Below are positions 38,048 to 49,354 of a DNA stretch of 64,000 bases, in pieces. The stretch is from positions 31,360-95,359 of the forward strand of contig CAZWVL010000005.1 of assembly GCA_964637115.1 (NCBI GenBank), written 5' to 3'. The DNA is from an uncultured Methanosarcinales archaeon (GTDB lineage: Archaea > Nanobdellota > Nanobdellia > Woesearchaeales > ARS49). Numbering within the stretch: the first letter of the stretch is position 1; each line of letters opens with the position of its first letter. The notes beneath the pieces are model-generated. The model saw only the letters and a list, made by a program, of their open reading frames with translations. It did no database searches and was not told the DNA's origin. Both the position numbers and the translations under genes were made by a program.

Positions 38048-38190
38048 TTTTCTACCTCGCTTAGAATTGTTATCTTGATTTCAGCAACTGTTCCTGGCTT
38101 TAGCTGTGTTTCAAGCACTTTAGGAATGACTATTACTGCCTGTTTTCCGTGTTTGGATATGCGTTTTGTTATAGTATAGGTATCTTGCAT
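38044..38190 (-). CDS. 48-aa AbrB/MazE-like swapped-hairpin DNA-binding protein (below the ORF-track cutoff)
   Basis: Manual translation MQDTYTITKRISKHGKQAVIVIPKVLETQLKPGTVAEIKITILSEVEK*. ATGA overlap with moxR, SD-like AGGGTGG upstream. Confidence 0.75.
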   Translation of the reverse strand: MQDTYTITKRISKHGKQAVIVIPKVLETQLKPGTVAEIKITILSEVEK

Positions 38191-38312
38191 TTTATACATA
38201 CCACCCTTGTATCATATAGAGAAAAACAGGGTTTATTTAAATCTTTCTAAATTTAATTACTTTGAAGTAGTAAAAAGAAAGTTTTTTATAGGTGTTTTCT
38301 GAAAGCGTCATT

Positions 38313-38939
38313 ATGGGCAGAAAGAAGAAGAGTTTTTGGGCAGATGCGGTGTTTATTGGGGCTTGTGCAGCTGCAGGTTTATACTGTTTGGCGCGAATAA
38401 GAGATTCAGCTGATGACGCGCCCCTGCCTGCAGAGAAGCCCGTAGTTATAGCAGCAATGCCTCAGCCTGAAGCTCCAAAGAAACTGGAGCAGATTGTTGT
38501 TGATGAAAAAGCAGTATTGACATTCGTACAATCAAGAGAAAGTTTTCAGTTCTATGGCGATAGAGTTTTGAAAGGAGGCAAGTACCGGCAGTTAGATGCA
38601 GACTTGTACGGGTTATTGATGCACATGGCAGATGCTTACAAGGCGCAGTTTGACCAACCATTATTCATAGGCCCTATGTGGGATGACCAAGGGCATGTAA
38701 AGAATTCAAAGCATTATGATGGGTTGGCTGTTGATATTGACTTTGGTGCAAATATTGGTACGCCTCAATATATTAAGACTGACAAGGATAAAGCAGAGTT
38801 TCTTTTGCGTCATGTCCAGAAATATGCAAATAAGCACAATAAAGAATTTAAAGTTCTGTTCAACGATCCTGATTTCGTGAATATGAAATTATGCAAGGAA
38901 TCTCCTGGCCACCACAATCATATTCACGTGTCGAAGTGA
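38313..38939 (+). CDS. Membrane-anchored Zn peptidase of the M15/MepA (LAS, hedgehog/DD-peptidase) type
   Basis: N-terminal TM. SKHYDGLAVDID (H-x6-D) and C-terminal GHHNHIHV (HxH). Confidence 0.75.
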   Translation: MGRKKKSFWADAVFIGACAAAGLYCLARIRDSADDAPLPAEKPVVIAAMPQPEAPKKLEQIVVDEKAVLTFVQSRESFQFYGDRVLKGGKYRQLDADLYGLLMHMADAYKAQFDQPLFIGPMWDDQGHVKNSKHYDGLAVDIDFGANIGTPQYIKTDKDKAEFLLRHVQKYANKHNKEFKVLFNDPDFVNMKLCKESPGHHNHIHVSK

Positions 38940-38944
38940 GGTTT

Positions 38945-39541
38945 ATGGAAAAAGCATTGGAACTTCTGGATTTTATGAACTTCAGGCTTGAGAATATCGA
39001 GCAGTTCAAGGCCAAAGCAGCTGAAAAACTGTTTTCTTTGGAAGCACATGGCCGAATGATGAATTTGAAAACAGATATTGTCAGGAGAACTCGGCAGTTA
39101 GTTGAAGAATGGATGAAGGTCAAGGGGATTCAAAAGTATGAATATGGTTTTGAGTGCGATAATCACACTTATAAGATGGATGAGAAGCCTGGCAGGCTGC
39201 AGGTGATGATAAAAAACGATCCTAAAAGTCCTGATTTATTTGTTGCGAGAACTGCTGGCTGGACTCCTGATGGGGGAGCGAATGCAGATCTTCAATTGAG
39301 ATTGTCTTCGTTGGAGCATTTGTTGGGCAGCTTTAACCGCTGGGCTGATAAGCGGTTCCAGGCGCCTGAGATAGTCAAGGAAGTGAAGTATTACTTCAAT
39401 CAGTTGGTGTTCAAGGACAAGCCTCCGTACAGCTTTGTAGGTTGGCTTTCTTACAATAATAGGTCGGTTGGTACGCACATACGTATGGACCTTGGCACTC
39501 CAATGTCATTGTATGTTGAGCTGAAGAACGAAAGGAAGTAA
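38945..39541 (+). CDS. Hypothetical protein
   Basis: GTGAGG SD upstream. No recognised motif. Confidence 0.6.
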   Translation: MEKALELLDFMNFRLENIEQFKAKAAEKLFSLEAHGRMMNLKTDIVRRTRQLVEEWMKVKGIQKYEYGFECDNHTYKMDEKPGRLQVMIKNDPKSPDLFVARTAGWTPDGGANADLQLRLSSLEHLLGSFNRWADKRFQAPEIVKEVKYYFNQLVFKDKPPYSFVGWLSYNNRSVGTHIRMDLGTPMSLYVELKNERK

Positions 39542-39625
39542 TTTTTATTACCTTGTAGTGACTACAAATAGAAAGGTTTTTATAGGGCTCTGGATTTCTA
39601 AATGCTTTACAACGAGGTATCTACT

Positions 39626-41263
39626 ATGATCAAGAAAACATTGGCCGGAATGGCACTTTCATTGGCAGCTTTAGTTGGTTGCTACGGAGCTAAAGAGTCT
39701 TCGAGCCCAGCCGTCATTTCTGCACCTGTCAAAGACCCAGAGATTTTTCCAACACCGGTTCCGGTTTGTGACAGCAAAGTGCTAGAGCTTTATGAAGATC
39801 TTTACGAGCACTTCCGCACTCTCACTTCAGCCGAATGGCCTGCAGTGCTTAAGGACGGTTCTATTACAAACGCGCAAGGTACTACACAATACTTGCAGCG
39901 CCTGACGCATGCAGGAAGGGTTATTTTTGGCCAGAATGAATATAATATTGTCGATACATTTTTCCACGCAAAAGATGGCCAGACATTGTTCAGTTATGCA
40001 ATTGCATTCCCTGACAAGTTGAAGTCTAGCCGCAATCTTCTCACCAATGGATTACCTGATCTTGTCGGCGTACAATTCAACATTCTTGGAAAAGACTATG
40101 TTGTTGATGCTGTCTCGATGTCGGTTGATGGAGATATGAAGATGAATCTGACTTCGTTGGACGGTCTCACTATGCTGGCGTTCAGTGATAATTCGAATGA
40201 CGTAATTAATGGTTTTTCTGTGCGTGTTAATGGCATACCTGTTCCTGAGGGGCGCATCAGTTTTAACAAGATTTTTGATGCAGACACTGCCGAGCTTGAC
40301 AGTATAGTTTACAAGCTTGCTGCAGAAACGCCTTTCGGCGACCTGTATGTTCCGCCGGGCGAGGGCGTGCGCCAACACTTGCAGCGTCCGCAGGCATTGC
40401 TTAGCGATGGTTGGGACGTCCTGTATGCAGGACTTAACACGACAAATGACACAACAATGCTGTTCTCGCAGCCGCAGCCGAGCGTGATCGACTTCTCCTT
40501 CGTTTCAAGGGAAAACATTCCATACTCGTTCGCCCTTGCGGAAAACGTTGACGGTAAAGTATCATTTTCGCGCAACTACAATTCAAACCGCCTCCGTTTT
40601 ATCGAGGGCGAGCCGATTGTCGCAGGCGACCGCTTTATCCTGAATAAGCCCGGCTCTGACTTAACGCGCGTACTAGAATATAACACGATAGACACAGTTG
40701 CTAGGCAAGTTACTTTCCAAGACTTGGGCACAGGGACGCGACAGGTCACGTACGACGCCGTCACCAAGAAAGGTGATTTGATTGTCGGCGGGGACACGTT
40801 CGCGTTCCAGGTTGACGAGGCAAACGGCAATGCACTCTATGTTGACTTGAACGGCGATGGTGCCTTAGACGGCAGTGGTCCGAATGGCCAGCTCGCCCAC
40901 ATCGTTAACAAGTTCGGCGGCAAACTGCACCTTCCGCAGCTGTATTCTGCTCCGGAGTTTTACGTTAAAATTGAAGCGCCTGGCAGCGGAATTGATAGCA
41001 GGGCGTGCAATCCTGCGCTTGGTGGCGAGGCCGTGCCTATCCAGCTCAGCGCGCGCGACAATGTCAATATGGACGTTTCAGTGCTGACGCAACTGGAATC
41101 GTCCGGTTCAGCAATCCCTGACGTGCATTACGACCTGCCCGCGAACATGTTCCGCGGAATGTCGCAGTATGGCGTCGAAGTGCAGCATATGCCATCTGCG
41201 CGCCTGCTCTATGTGCAGTACCCGCAAACGCAGCGCAAGCCGCGCATCGCGTTCACGCCTTGA
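39626..41263 (+). CDS. S-layer-like lipoprotein
   Basis: Lipobox LVGC. Beta-rich segments (TRVLEYNTIDT…TFQDLGTGTRQVTY…LIVGG…VDLNGDG) resemble DPANN S-layer proteins, from recall. Confidence 0.55.
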   Translation: MIKKTLAGMALSLAALVGCYGAKESSSPAVISAPVKDPEIFPTPVPVCDSKVLELYEDLYEHFRTLTSAEWPAVLKDGSITNAQGTTQYLQRLTHAGRVIFGQNEYNIVDTFFHAKDGQTLFSYAIAFPDKLKSSRNLLTNGLPDLVGVQFNILGKDYVVDAVSMSVDGDMKMNLTSLDGLTMLAFSDNSNDVINGFSVRVNGIPVPEGRISFNKIFDADTAELDSIVYKLAAETPFGDLYVPPGEGVRQHLQRPQALLSDGWDVLYAGLNTTNDTTMLFSQPQPSVIDFSFVSRENIPYSFALAENVDGKVSFSRNYNSNRLRFIEGEPIVAGDRFILNKPGSDLTRVLEYNTIDTVARQVTFQDLGTGTRQVTYDAVTKKGDLIVGGDTFAFQVDEANGNALYVDLNGDGALDGSGPNGQLAHIVNKFGGKLHLPQLYSAPEFYVKIEAPGSGIDSRACNPALGGEAVPIQLSARDNVNMDVSVLTQLESSGSAIPDVHYDLPANMFRGMSQYGVEVQHMPSARLLYVQYPQTQRKPRIAFTP

Positions 41264-41285
41264 TTTTTTATTTTATTTTACTCCC

Positions 41286-42341
41286 ATGTCCAAAAAACAC
41301 AACCTGCAAGAGGCACCCATAGTAAAGAGGAGTTCCCGAAGGAACTTGCTCATCGGCATTGCAGTACTCGGTGCCATCGGCGCGACATACGCATTCTGGC
41401 CTCGCCAAGAAACCTACGCTGAATGGTATCGCGCGCATCTCACACAAGCAAAAGGTGCTGAATTCAGGCATCCGTATTTCAGAAAGGCATACGCTCCAAC
41501 ATCTGAAGAACAGGCAGAATTTGCAAAGCGGCTTCCGCCGGTTGAGTTACAGGATGCCCGCTACTTCCAAGACAGGTTATTCAACGCACTCAGCATTGAC
41601 GACATTGCGTTATCACAGTACGCCAACCATAACAAGCAGGCGATTGAAGAACTCTTCAAGCACATTGGTACTTCTGAAAATAGGAGCGTCTTCTGCCGAA
41701 AACTTGCAGCAGATACTGCAATCAGTTTTGTCTCAGACAAGGAAATACCGATTTATCTCGTAGAGGAAATGCGTCACGAATATGGAATATCGTTCCGCGT
41801 ACCGGGCAAGGAAGAGCCGTCCAGCATTAGCCATGTGAAAAATGTCGCCTTTGGTGAGATTGTTAGAGAAAATTCGGTGCCTTTCTCAAATGATGGATTC
41901 ACGGTTAAGCCGCATGGATCTCCGGTCATTGTTGTCTCTGTCGGCAAAAATGCCGTTCAGAGTTATGCAACGCCACTTGCGGAAACCCTTCACGCAATCA
42001 TCTCGCCCGCAAGCCATAATTACGTGCAGCACGCACTTAACCAGCTCTGGACGCGCAATGGCAAACCCACAGAGATCAGCCGTGCGTGGATAAAAGATGT
42101 GCTCAACGAACACGAACTTCATGAGGAAGGAGTCGTGCACGCGCTTATCGATGACTTCGTCGAAAAAAACGGCGCCCGCCTCGGCTTCAACAAAGAGGAA
42201 ATCGACAAGTACGTCAGCCACGGGCCCCGGATCACCGGACAAGAACGCTATGCTGCCGCAATGCGCGAAAAGATCTCCCATTTCGGCTCAAAAGGGCTGT
42301 GGGAAGCGTATCAGACACGCCCACACACGCTCTTTCAGTAA
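41286..42341 (+). CDS. Membrane-anchored hypothetical protein, possibly a degenerate zincin
   Basis: N-terminal TM, LAETLHAII and LHEEGVVHA. Confidence 0.55.
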   Translation: MSKKHNLQEAPIVKRSSRRNLLIGIAVLGAIGATYAFWPRQETYAEWYRAHLTQAKGAEFRHPYFRKAYAPTSEEQAEFAKRLPPVELQDARYFQDRLFNALSIDDIALSQYANHNKQAIEELFKHIGTSENRSVFCRKLAADTAISFVSDKEIPIYLVEEMRHEYGISFRVPGKEEPSSISHVKNVAFGEIVRENSVPFSNDGFTVKPHGSPVIVVSVGKNAVQSYATPLAETLHAIISPASHNYVQHALNQLWTRNGKPTEISRAWIKDVLNEHELHEEGVVHALIDDFVEKNGARLGFNKEEIDKYVSHGPRITGQERYAAAMREKISHFGSKGLWEAYQTRPHTLFQ

Positions 42342-42500
42342 TATTTGAGAACAAGGATGCATCGCTCACTTATTTTTCATATATAAAATAATTCATTCTG
42401 AATAGCATATTTGTCGTCACCGTATAGTGAATACAAATCGAAACATTTATATACCAGAACCACCTTGTACTACCATATAGAGATAACACAAGGGGTGGTT

Positions 42501-43115
42501 ATGATGACTAGAAACAAGGGAAACATGAAGCTTTTGTTCACATTTTTGGTGCTGGCTGTTTTTACGGCTGGCGTAGGCCTTGGAAGCATGATTGGCTTGC
42601 AATTGCCTAGTTCTGATGCTATTTCGTTTGATACACAAACCACTTCAAGCCGTGGACTGCAGTTTAACTCAGTCCAGCTGGCAGACTCTACTGTTAAAAC
42701 AGAGCCTTTGAGGGCTTCTGTTAAAGCTCAGAGTTTGGACGGCCCTGTTGAACGTGATTCACCTTCAGACTGGGTCAAGGAGAGCCAGATTGAGATGAGG
42801 CCGGATGGTGTGTTTATTCACTTAAACAATCCTCAGTGGGCTATTTTGGCTAACACCAACTCAATGGACCCGGTATTTGACGATACTTCGCACTTGATCC
42901 AAGCCATTCCGCAGTCAGCTGCTGAAATTCACGTCGGTGACATTATGAGCTATTCTTCGCCTATGGGCTTTAGCATAGTTCACCGTGTTATCGAGATAGG
43001 CAATGACGAGGAAGGCTGGTATGCAATTGTGAAAGGCGACAACAACCCGACTCCAGACCCGTGGAAAGTCAGATTTGACATGGTCAGGCGTGTAACTGTT
43101 ATGATTGTTTATTGA
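42501..43115 (+). CDS. Signal peptidase I (Sec11/S26B type)
   Basis: TNSMDP (Ser), IVHRV (His) and KGDNN. GGGGTG SD. Confidence 0.85.
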   Translation: MMTRNKGNMKLLFTFLVLAVFTAGVGLGSMIGLQLPSSDAISFDTQTTSSRGLQFNSVQLADSTVKTEPLRASVKAQSLDGPVERDSPSDWVKESQIEMRPDGVFIHLNNPQWAILANTNSMDPVFDDTSHLIQAIPQSAAEIHVGDIMSYSSPMGFSIVHRVIEIGNDEEGWYAIVKGDNNPTPDPWKVRFDMVRRVTVMIVY

Positions 43116-43144
43116 TTTTATTATCTCAACCTCCCCGATTTTTT

Positions 43145-43175
43145 GGCTCCCAGCCCCCGCTGGGGCCTTTTTTTT
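43145..43175 (+). terminator. GC hairpin followed by a T-run after the signal peptidase gene
   Basis: GGCtCCCAGC-cccc-GCTGGGGCC followed by TTTTTTTT. Confidence 0.55.
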
Positions 43176-43229
43176 CTTGTTTTATAACACAATCTTTTTA
43201 TTCTCATCCATAAGCGCACTATATAGTGA

Positions 43230-44102
43230 GTGGGAATGGGCGATATACCGATGGATTATGAGGGCGTGTTCAGATTTCAGCATTTTCTGCACCGTCGTTA
43301 TGGAATGCCGTTGAATGGAGACAGGCAGGAAGAGCCGGAAACTCCTGAGAAAGTTTCTTCGTTCTTTCGTGAATTGGTATCCCGCAATCTGAGCAGTCAT
43401 ATGTGTGTTGATCTTGGTGATATCGCGGCAGCTAATTTTTGCAGTGTGGAAGAGAAGAATGAGAGTCTGGTTGTTTTCATATCTAGCGAGGACGATTTTG
43501 AAATTGGAAATATCCGTCTTGTTCCTGAGCGTATGGAAGTGGTTATAGATCCTGATCCAAGAAAGAGCTATGCTGCAGTTTTCAGAACGCCTAAAAAAAG
43601 CATTGAGGAAGTGCGTGGAGAGCAGGCATTCGCTATTGACGGGCGAGTGAACTGCATGTTGCTTTATCCGCATAATTCTTTGCTAATGGAGAAGGCGTAT
43701 AAAGAGAAAGTGCTTGTTGACCTTGGAGTGCAATTTTCTCCTCGGGCCTATACGCTTGTTCCTTATGATGCCGGAACCGATTGGCATCGTGTGATACTTG
43801 ATCGTGTGAAGGATAAGGTGATTTTTGGTTTGGCAAAACATTACCGGCATGCGAGAATCAAAGCAATTGATACGTTAAATGGAGTGCCTATGCGCGGTTC
43901 TGGTGAGAAACTTCATCGTGAAACAAATTATGCTGCTGTGTCTTTTGATATTCATCGTTCGCGTGGTATGAAAAAAGCACAGGTTGAGAAAACGGCACAG
44001 TTACTTCTTGAAAAGCACATTCCTTTCCATTATGAGATATTTTCTAATTCAGAACCGAACAGAATTACCAAAGTTTCAATATTATTGGAACTGCCAGCAT
44101 AA
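43230..44102 (+). CDS. Hypothetical protein
   Basis: 290-aa ORF with consistent codon usage. No recognised motif. Confidence 0.6.
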   Translation: MGMGDIPMDYEGVFRFQHFLHRRYGMPLNGDRQEEPETPEKVSSFFRELVSRNLSSHMCVDLGDIAAANFCSVEEKNESLVVFISSEDDFEIGNIRLVPERMEVVIDPDPRKSYAAVFRTPKKSIEEVRGEQAFAIDGRVNCMLLYPHNSLLMEKAYKEKVLVDLGVQFSPRAYTLVPYDAGTDWHRVILDRVKDKVIFGLAKHYRHARIKAIDTLNGVPMRGSGEKLHRETNYAAVSFDIHRSRGMKKAQVEKTAQLLLEKHIPFHYEIFSNSEPNRITKVSILLELPA

Positions 44103-44135
44103 CCTTTTTTAACTCATTCTAGTTTTCTCGAACAT

Positions 44136-45023
44136 ATGGAAGATTTGGACAAGTGGAAGAAAGCAGGTAAGATTGCTGCAGAAGCTTTGGAATATGGAAG
44201 AACTTTAATAAAAAATGGCGCTGTTGTCAGGGAAGTTTGCGATAAGATTGATCAAAAAATCATCGATCTCGGCGCATTGCCTGCCTGGCCTTCACAGGTT
44301 GGCTTAGATTCTGTTGCAGCTCATTCAACTCCAGAGCACGATGACAATTCTGTTTTTGACAACAATTTAGTCTGCCTTGATGTTGGCGCGCACGTTGACG
44401 GCTGTGTTGGGGATAATGCTTTGAGCGTTGATTTATCAGGAAAGTACACTGATATTCTGAAGGCTTCCGATGAAGCCCTGAAAGCCGCTATCGAAGTTGT
44501 CAGAGTCGGCGTTTCTTTGGGTGAAATCGGCAGGGCTATCCAGGAAGTTATTGAAGGCTATGATCTCGTGCCGGTCAGAAACCTGTCCGGCCACGGTATT
44601 TCTCCTTGGATAATTCACGACAAGCCTTCTGTTCCGAATTATGATACTGGCGACAAGAGAACTCTGCAAGGTGATCAAATCATAGCAATTGAGCCATTTG
44701 CAACAAACGGTGCTGGTATGATTTACGAGTCTGAGCAGGGCAATATTTTCGCGCTAGTTAATATGAAACCGGTCAGAAGTCCTTATGCAAGGGAAATTTT
44801 GAATTTCATAGCAGAGAATTACAAGAATCTGCCCTTTACAACAAGATGGCTCACTAAAAGATTTGGCGTTGGAAAAACCAATCTTGCAATGAATGAATTA
44901 ATGAGGTCCGGATTATTGCACGCATATCCTCCTTTGATAGAAAAGGGCAAGGGAATGGTTGCTGTTTTTGAAAAAACATTATTTGTTGGAGATAAAACAG
45001 AAATTTTGACGAAGATTGATTAA
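44136..45023 (+). CDS. map: Methionine aminopeptidase type II
   Basis: Motifs AAHSTP, DVGAHVDG, DNA, LSGHG, IAIEPF and insert LPFTTRWL. Confidence 0.95.
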   Translation: MEDLDKWKKAGKIAAEALEYGRTLIKNGAVVREVCDKIDQKIIDLGALPAWPSQVGLDSVAAHSTPEHDDNSVFDNNLVCLDVGAHVDGCVGDNALSVDLSGKYTDILKASDEALKAAIEVVRVGVSLGEIGRAIQEVIEGYDLVPVRNLSGHGISPWIIHDKPSVPNYDTGDKRTLQGDQIIAIEPFATNGAGMIYESEQGNIFALVNMKPVRSPYAREILNFIAENYKNLPFTTRWLTKRFGVGKTNLAMNELMRSGLLHAYPPLIEKGKGMVAVFEKTLFVGDKTEILTKID

Positions 45024-46426
45024 ATTTCAAGTTCAGATTTTTCATCTTGATGATGTCTTGGACCTTTTCTTCCGTCTTGTAAAGTTCTATTTATCCAGGC
45101 GATTGCTTTCATTGCATAGAAACTGTAGCTAGTAAGACCCGTGCTGAGACTGTATCTATTAAGCTTCGCATCATGTTCAGGATGTTCACCAAAATATTTT
45201 TTTGCAGACTTAAACTGTTCTCTGGCAGCTAATAGAAGTGTTTTATCCGTTGTACTGTGGTTATTTTTCAACCAGTTGTATTGCCATTTTTCGAACTTGC
45301 CTACATTGAACTGCATGATTGCTGTATTTTTTTCATCTTTGATTCTTTTATTTATTTCCAATGATTTTTTTGCAGTTTCAATTGCATTTTTAATAAATTC
45401 TATTTCATCTGCCGGATTGTCGCGGGATTCTATCGCTGCTCCGAAGTAGAAATGTGAAGAAATTGCGTAGTCTTTGGCAGCTGATGCCAGTTCTTTTGCA
45501 TAATCTTTGTCTGCTGGGTCTGTTTCAATTCGCCTTTCTGCAGCGCGTTGAAGGTTATCAATGGCGGTAAGTCTCCATTCCAATGATTCTTTTCCTTGGG
45601 TACTTTTCATTAAATTTATCGCTATATGAGCTCTTATGCCGTATCTTGTTGCCATGAATGGCTTATCGAAATCCTCCAGCAATTCAAATGAATCTTCCAT
45701 GTGGCTGTATGCAGTTTCCAAGAGTATTATCTTTTCATTAAGCGGCTGCGTTAGAGCAAGCTGGAGTTCAAGTTCTGATGCCTCTGAATATAACATCGAT
45801 GCCAGAACAGTGTCGCGTTCGCTGAATTCTTTTGCAGGTTCAATTGTGTTTACTATAGCTTTATTCAGCCAGCCAATTTTTGTATTTCCTATTGTGTATG
45901 TCGAGAGCAATTGTGCGATTCTTCCTAAATGCATCTGCGTTTCAGGTATCTTCATGCTTTCGTGCTTTTTTAATATGTCAATTGCTGTCATTACGTCTGC
46001 ATATGCCAGTTCAAGAAGCTGTATTCTTTCTTCATTATCATTTGTTTTGTCTACCAATCTTTCGAGAAAATCAGCTCCGTGCGTCAGGAAGTGTGCGCGC
46101 ATGTAATTCGGCTGGTATATGCTTTCCACAGAAGTTTCCAGCGAAAATTCTCCGCTTTCTATGCGTGCTGCTCCGATTTTGCTGAATGCAAACGCTCTTG
46201 TGAGGACAGTTGCATCATAGTCTACTCCTGTGTTTTTTGCAACTTCTTCGTCAAGGGTGTAGCTGGCACATTTTGTAAGATGCTTTATGTCGAGGGTTGT
46301 CAACGGCAGTCCGTTTGGAATTGGATGTTCTGTGAAAAAGTGTTCTACTTTTTTCAAAATAGTTGCATCTGTTAATGCGCTATTATTTTTTTTGGCTTCT
46401 TCCAGCAATTCTGCATAATCGTTCAT
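45020..46426 (-). CDS. Helical-repeat (TPR-like) hypothetical protein
   Basis: All-alpha ~40-aa repeated units. Confidence 0.55.
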   Translation of the reverse strand: MNDYAELLEEAKKNNSALTDATILKKVEHFFTEHPIPNGLPLTTLDIKHLTKCASYTLDEEVAKNTGVDYDATVLTRAFAFSKIGAARIESGEFSLETSVESIYQPNYMRAHFLTHGADFLERLVDKTNDNEERIQLLELAYADVMTAIDILKKHESMKIPETQMHLGRIAQLLSTYTIGNTKIGWLNKAIVNTIEPAKEFSERDTVLASMLYSEASELELQLALTQPLNEKIILLETAYSHMEDSFELLEDFDKPFMATRYGIRAHIAINLMKSTQGKESLEWRLTAIDNLQRAAERRIETDPADKDYAKELASAAKDYAISSHFYFGAAIESRDNPADEIEFIKNAIETAKKSLEINKRIKDEKNTAIMQFNVGKFEKWQYNWLKNNHSTTDKTLLLAAREQFKSAKKYFGEHPEHDAKLNRYSLSTGLTSYSFYAMKAIAWINRTLQDGRKGPRHHQDEKSELEI

Positions 46427-46803
46427 TTGAAGTGTGCCCTCAGTCTGTCGTCAAGTTTTTTTCCAAGTCTGAATGCATTCCATATCTTTCCGCTGCAGCC
46501 TGGATTTTGATAATCAAAGAGAGTTTTGTCGTATTCTTCCCGTGTTATAGTGGTCACGCGTCTTACCAATGGAATCGTGCCCACGATTTCCTGCAGGTTC
46601 CAGGTTATTCTTGATCCATCAGGAATTTCTTGCACAACATTGTCCGGTTTTATCAGTTCTCCTGTGCGGCAGGCGTTTATAGTGCCTTTTAGGTAGTTGT
46701 AGAAGATTAGTTCGTAGCCTGGCTTGGACAGACTTTTGTTCCGTTCGTCTGTAGCAATTACTCCTTGGTTTGTATCGTATAAGCGAACGTTTGCCATCAT
46801 CAC
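46423..46803 (-). CDS. Hypothetical protein
   Basis: ATGA overlap with the downstream gene. GGGGAGTG SD-like site. Confidence 0.55.
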   Translation of the reverse strand: MMMANVRLYDTNQGVIATDERNKSLSKPGYELIFYNYLKGTINACRTGELIKPDNVVQEIPDGSRITWNLQEIVGTIPLVRRVTTITREEYDKTLFDYQNPGCSGKIWNAFRLGKKLDDRLRAHFK

Positions 46804-46953
46804 TCCCCGAAAGTATTCTCGATGGCTGGGTTAAAATTGTATCGTTTCCACTATTTATTTTCCATATAAAAATTAATGCTGTTTTTACCGCAAACTTTAT
46901 AAGCCAACCCTCCTTCTTTTTTATTGAGAGGTGGACGTTTTTATCGTCGATAA

Positions 46954-49304
<2,351 letters not shown>

Positions 49305-49354
49305 ATTATTATTTCTTGGTTATTTAAAACTTTAGCAAATAGTGCTTTCCATTA

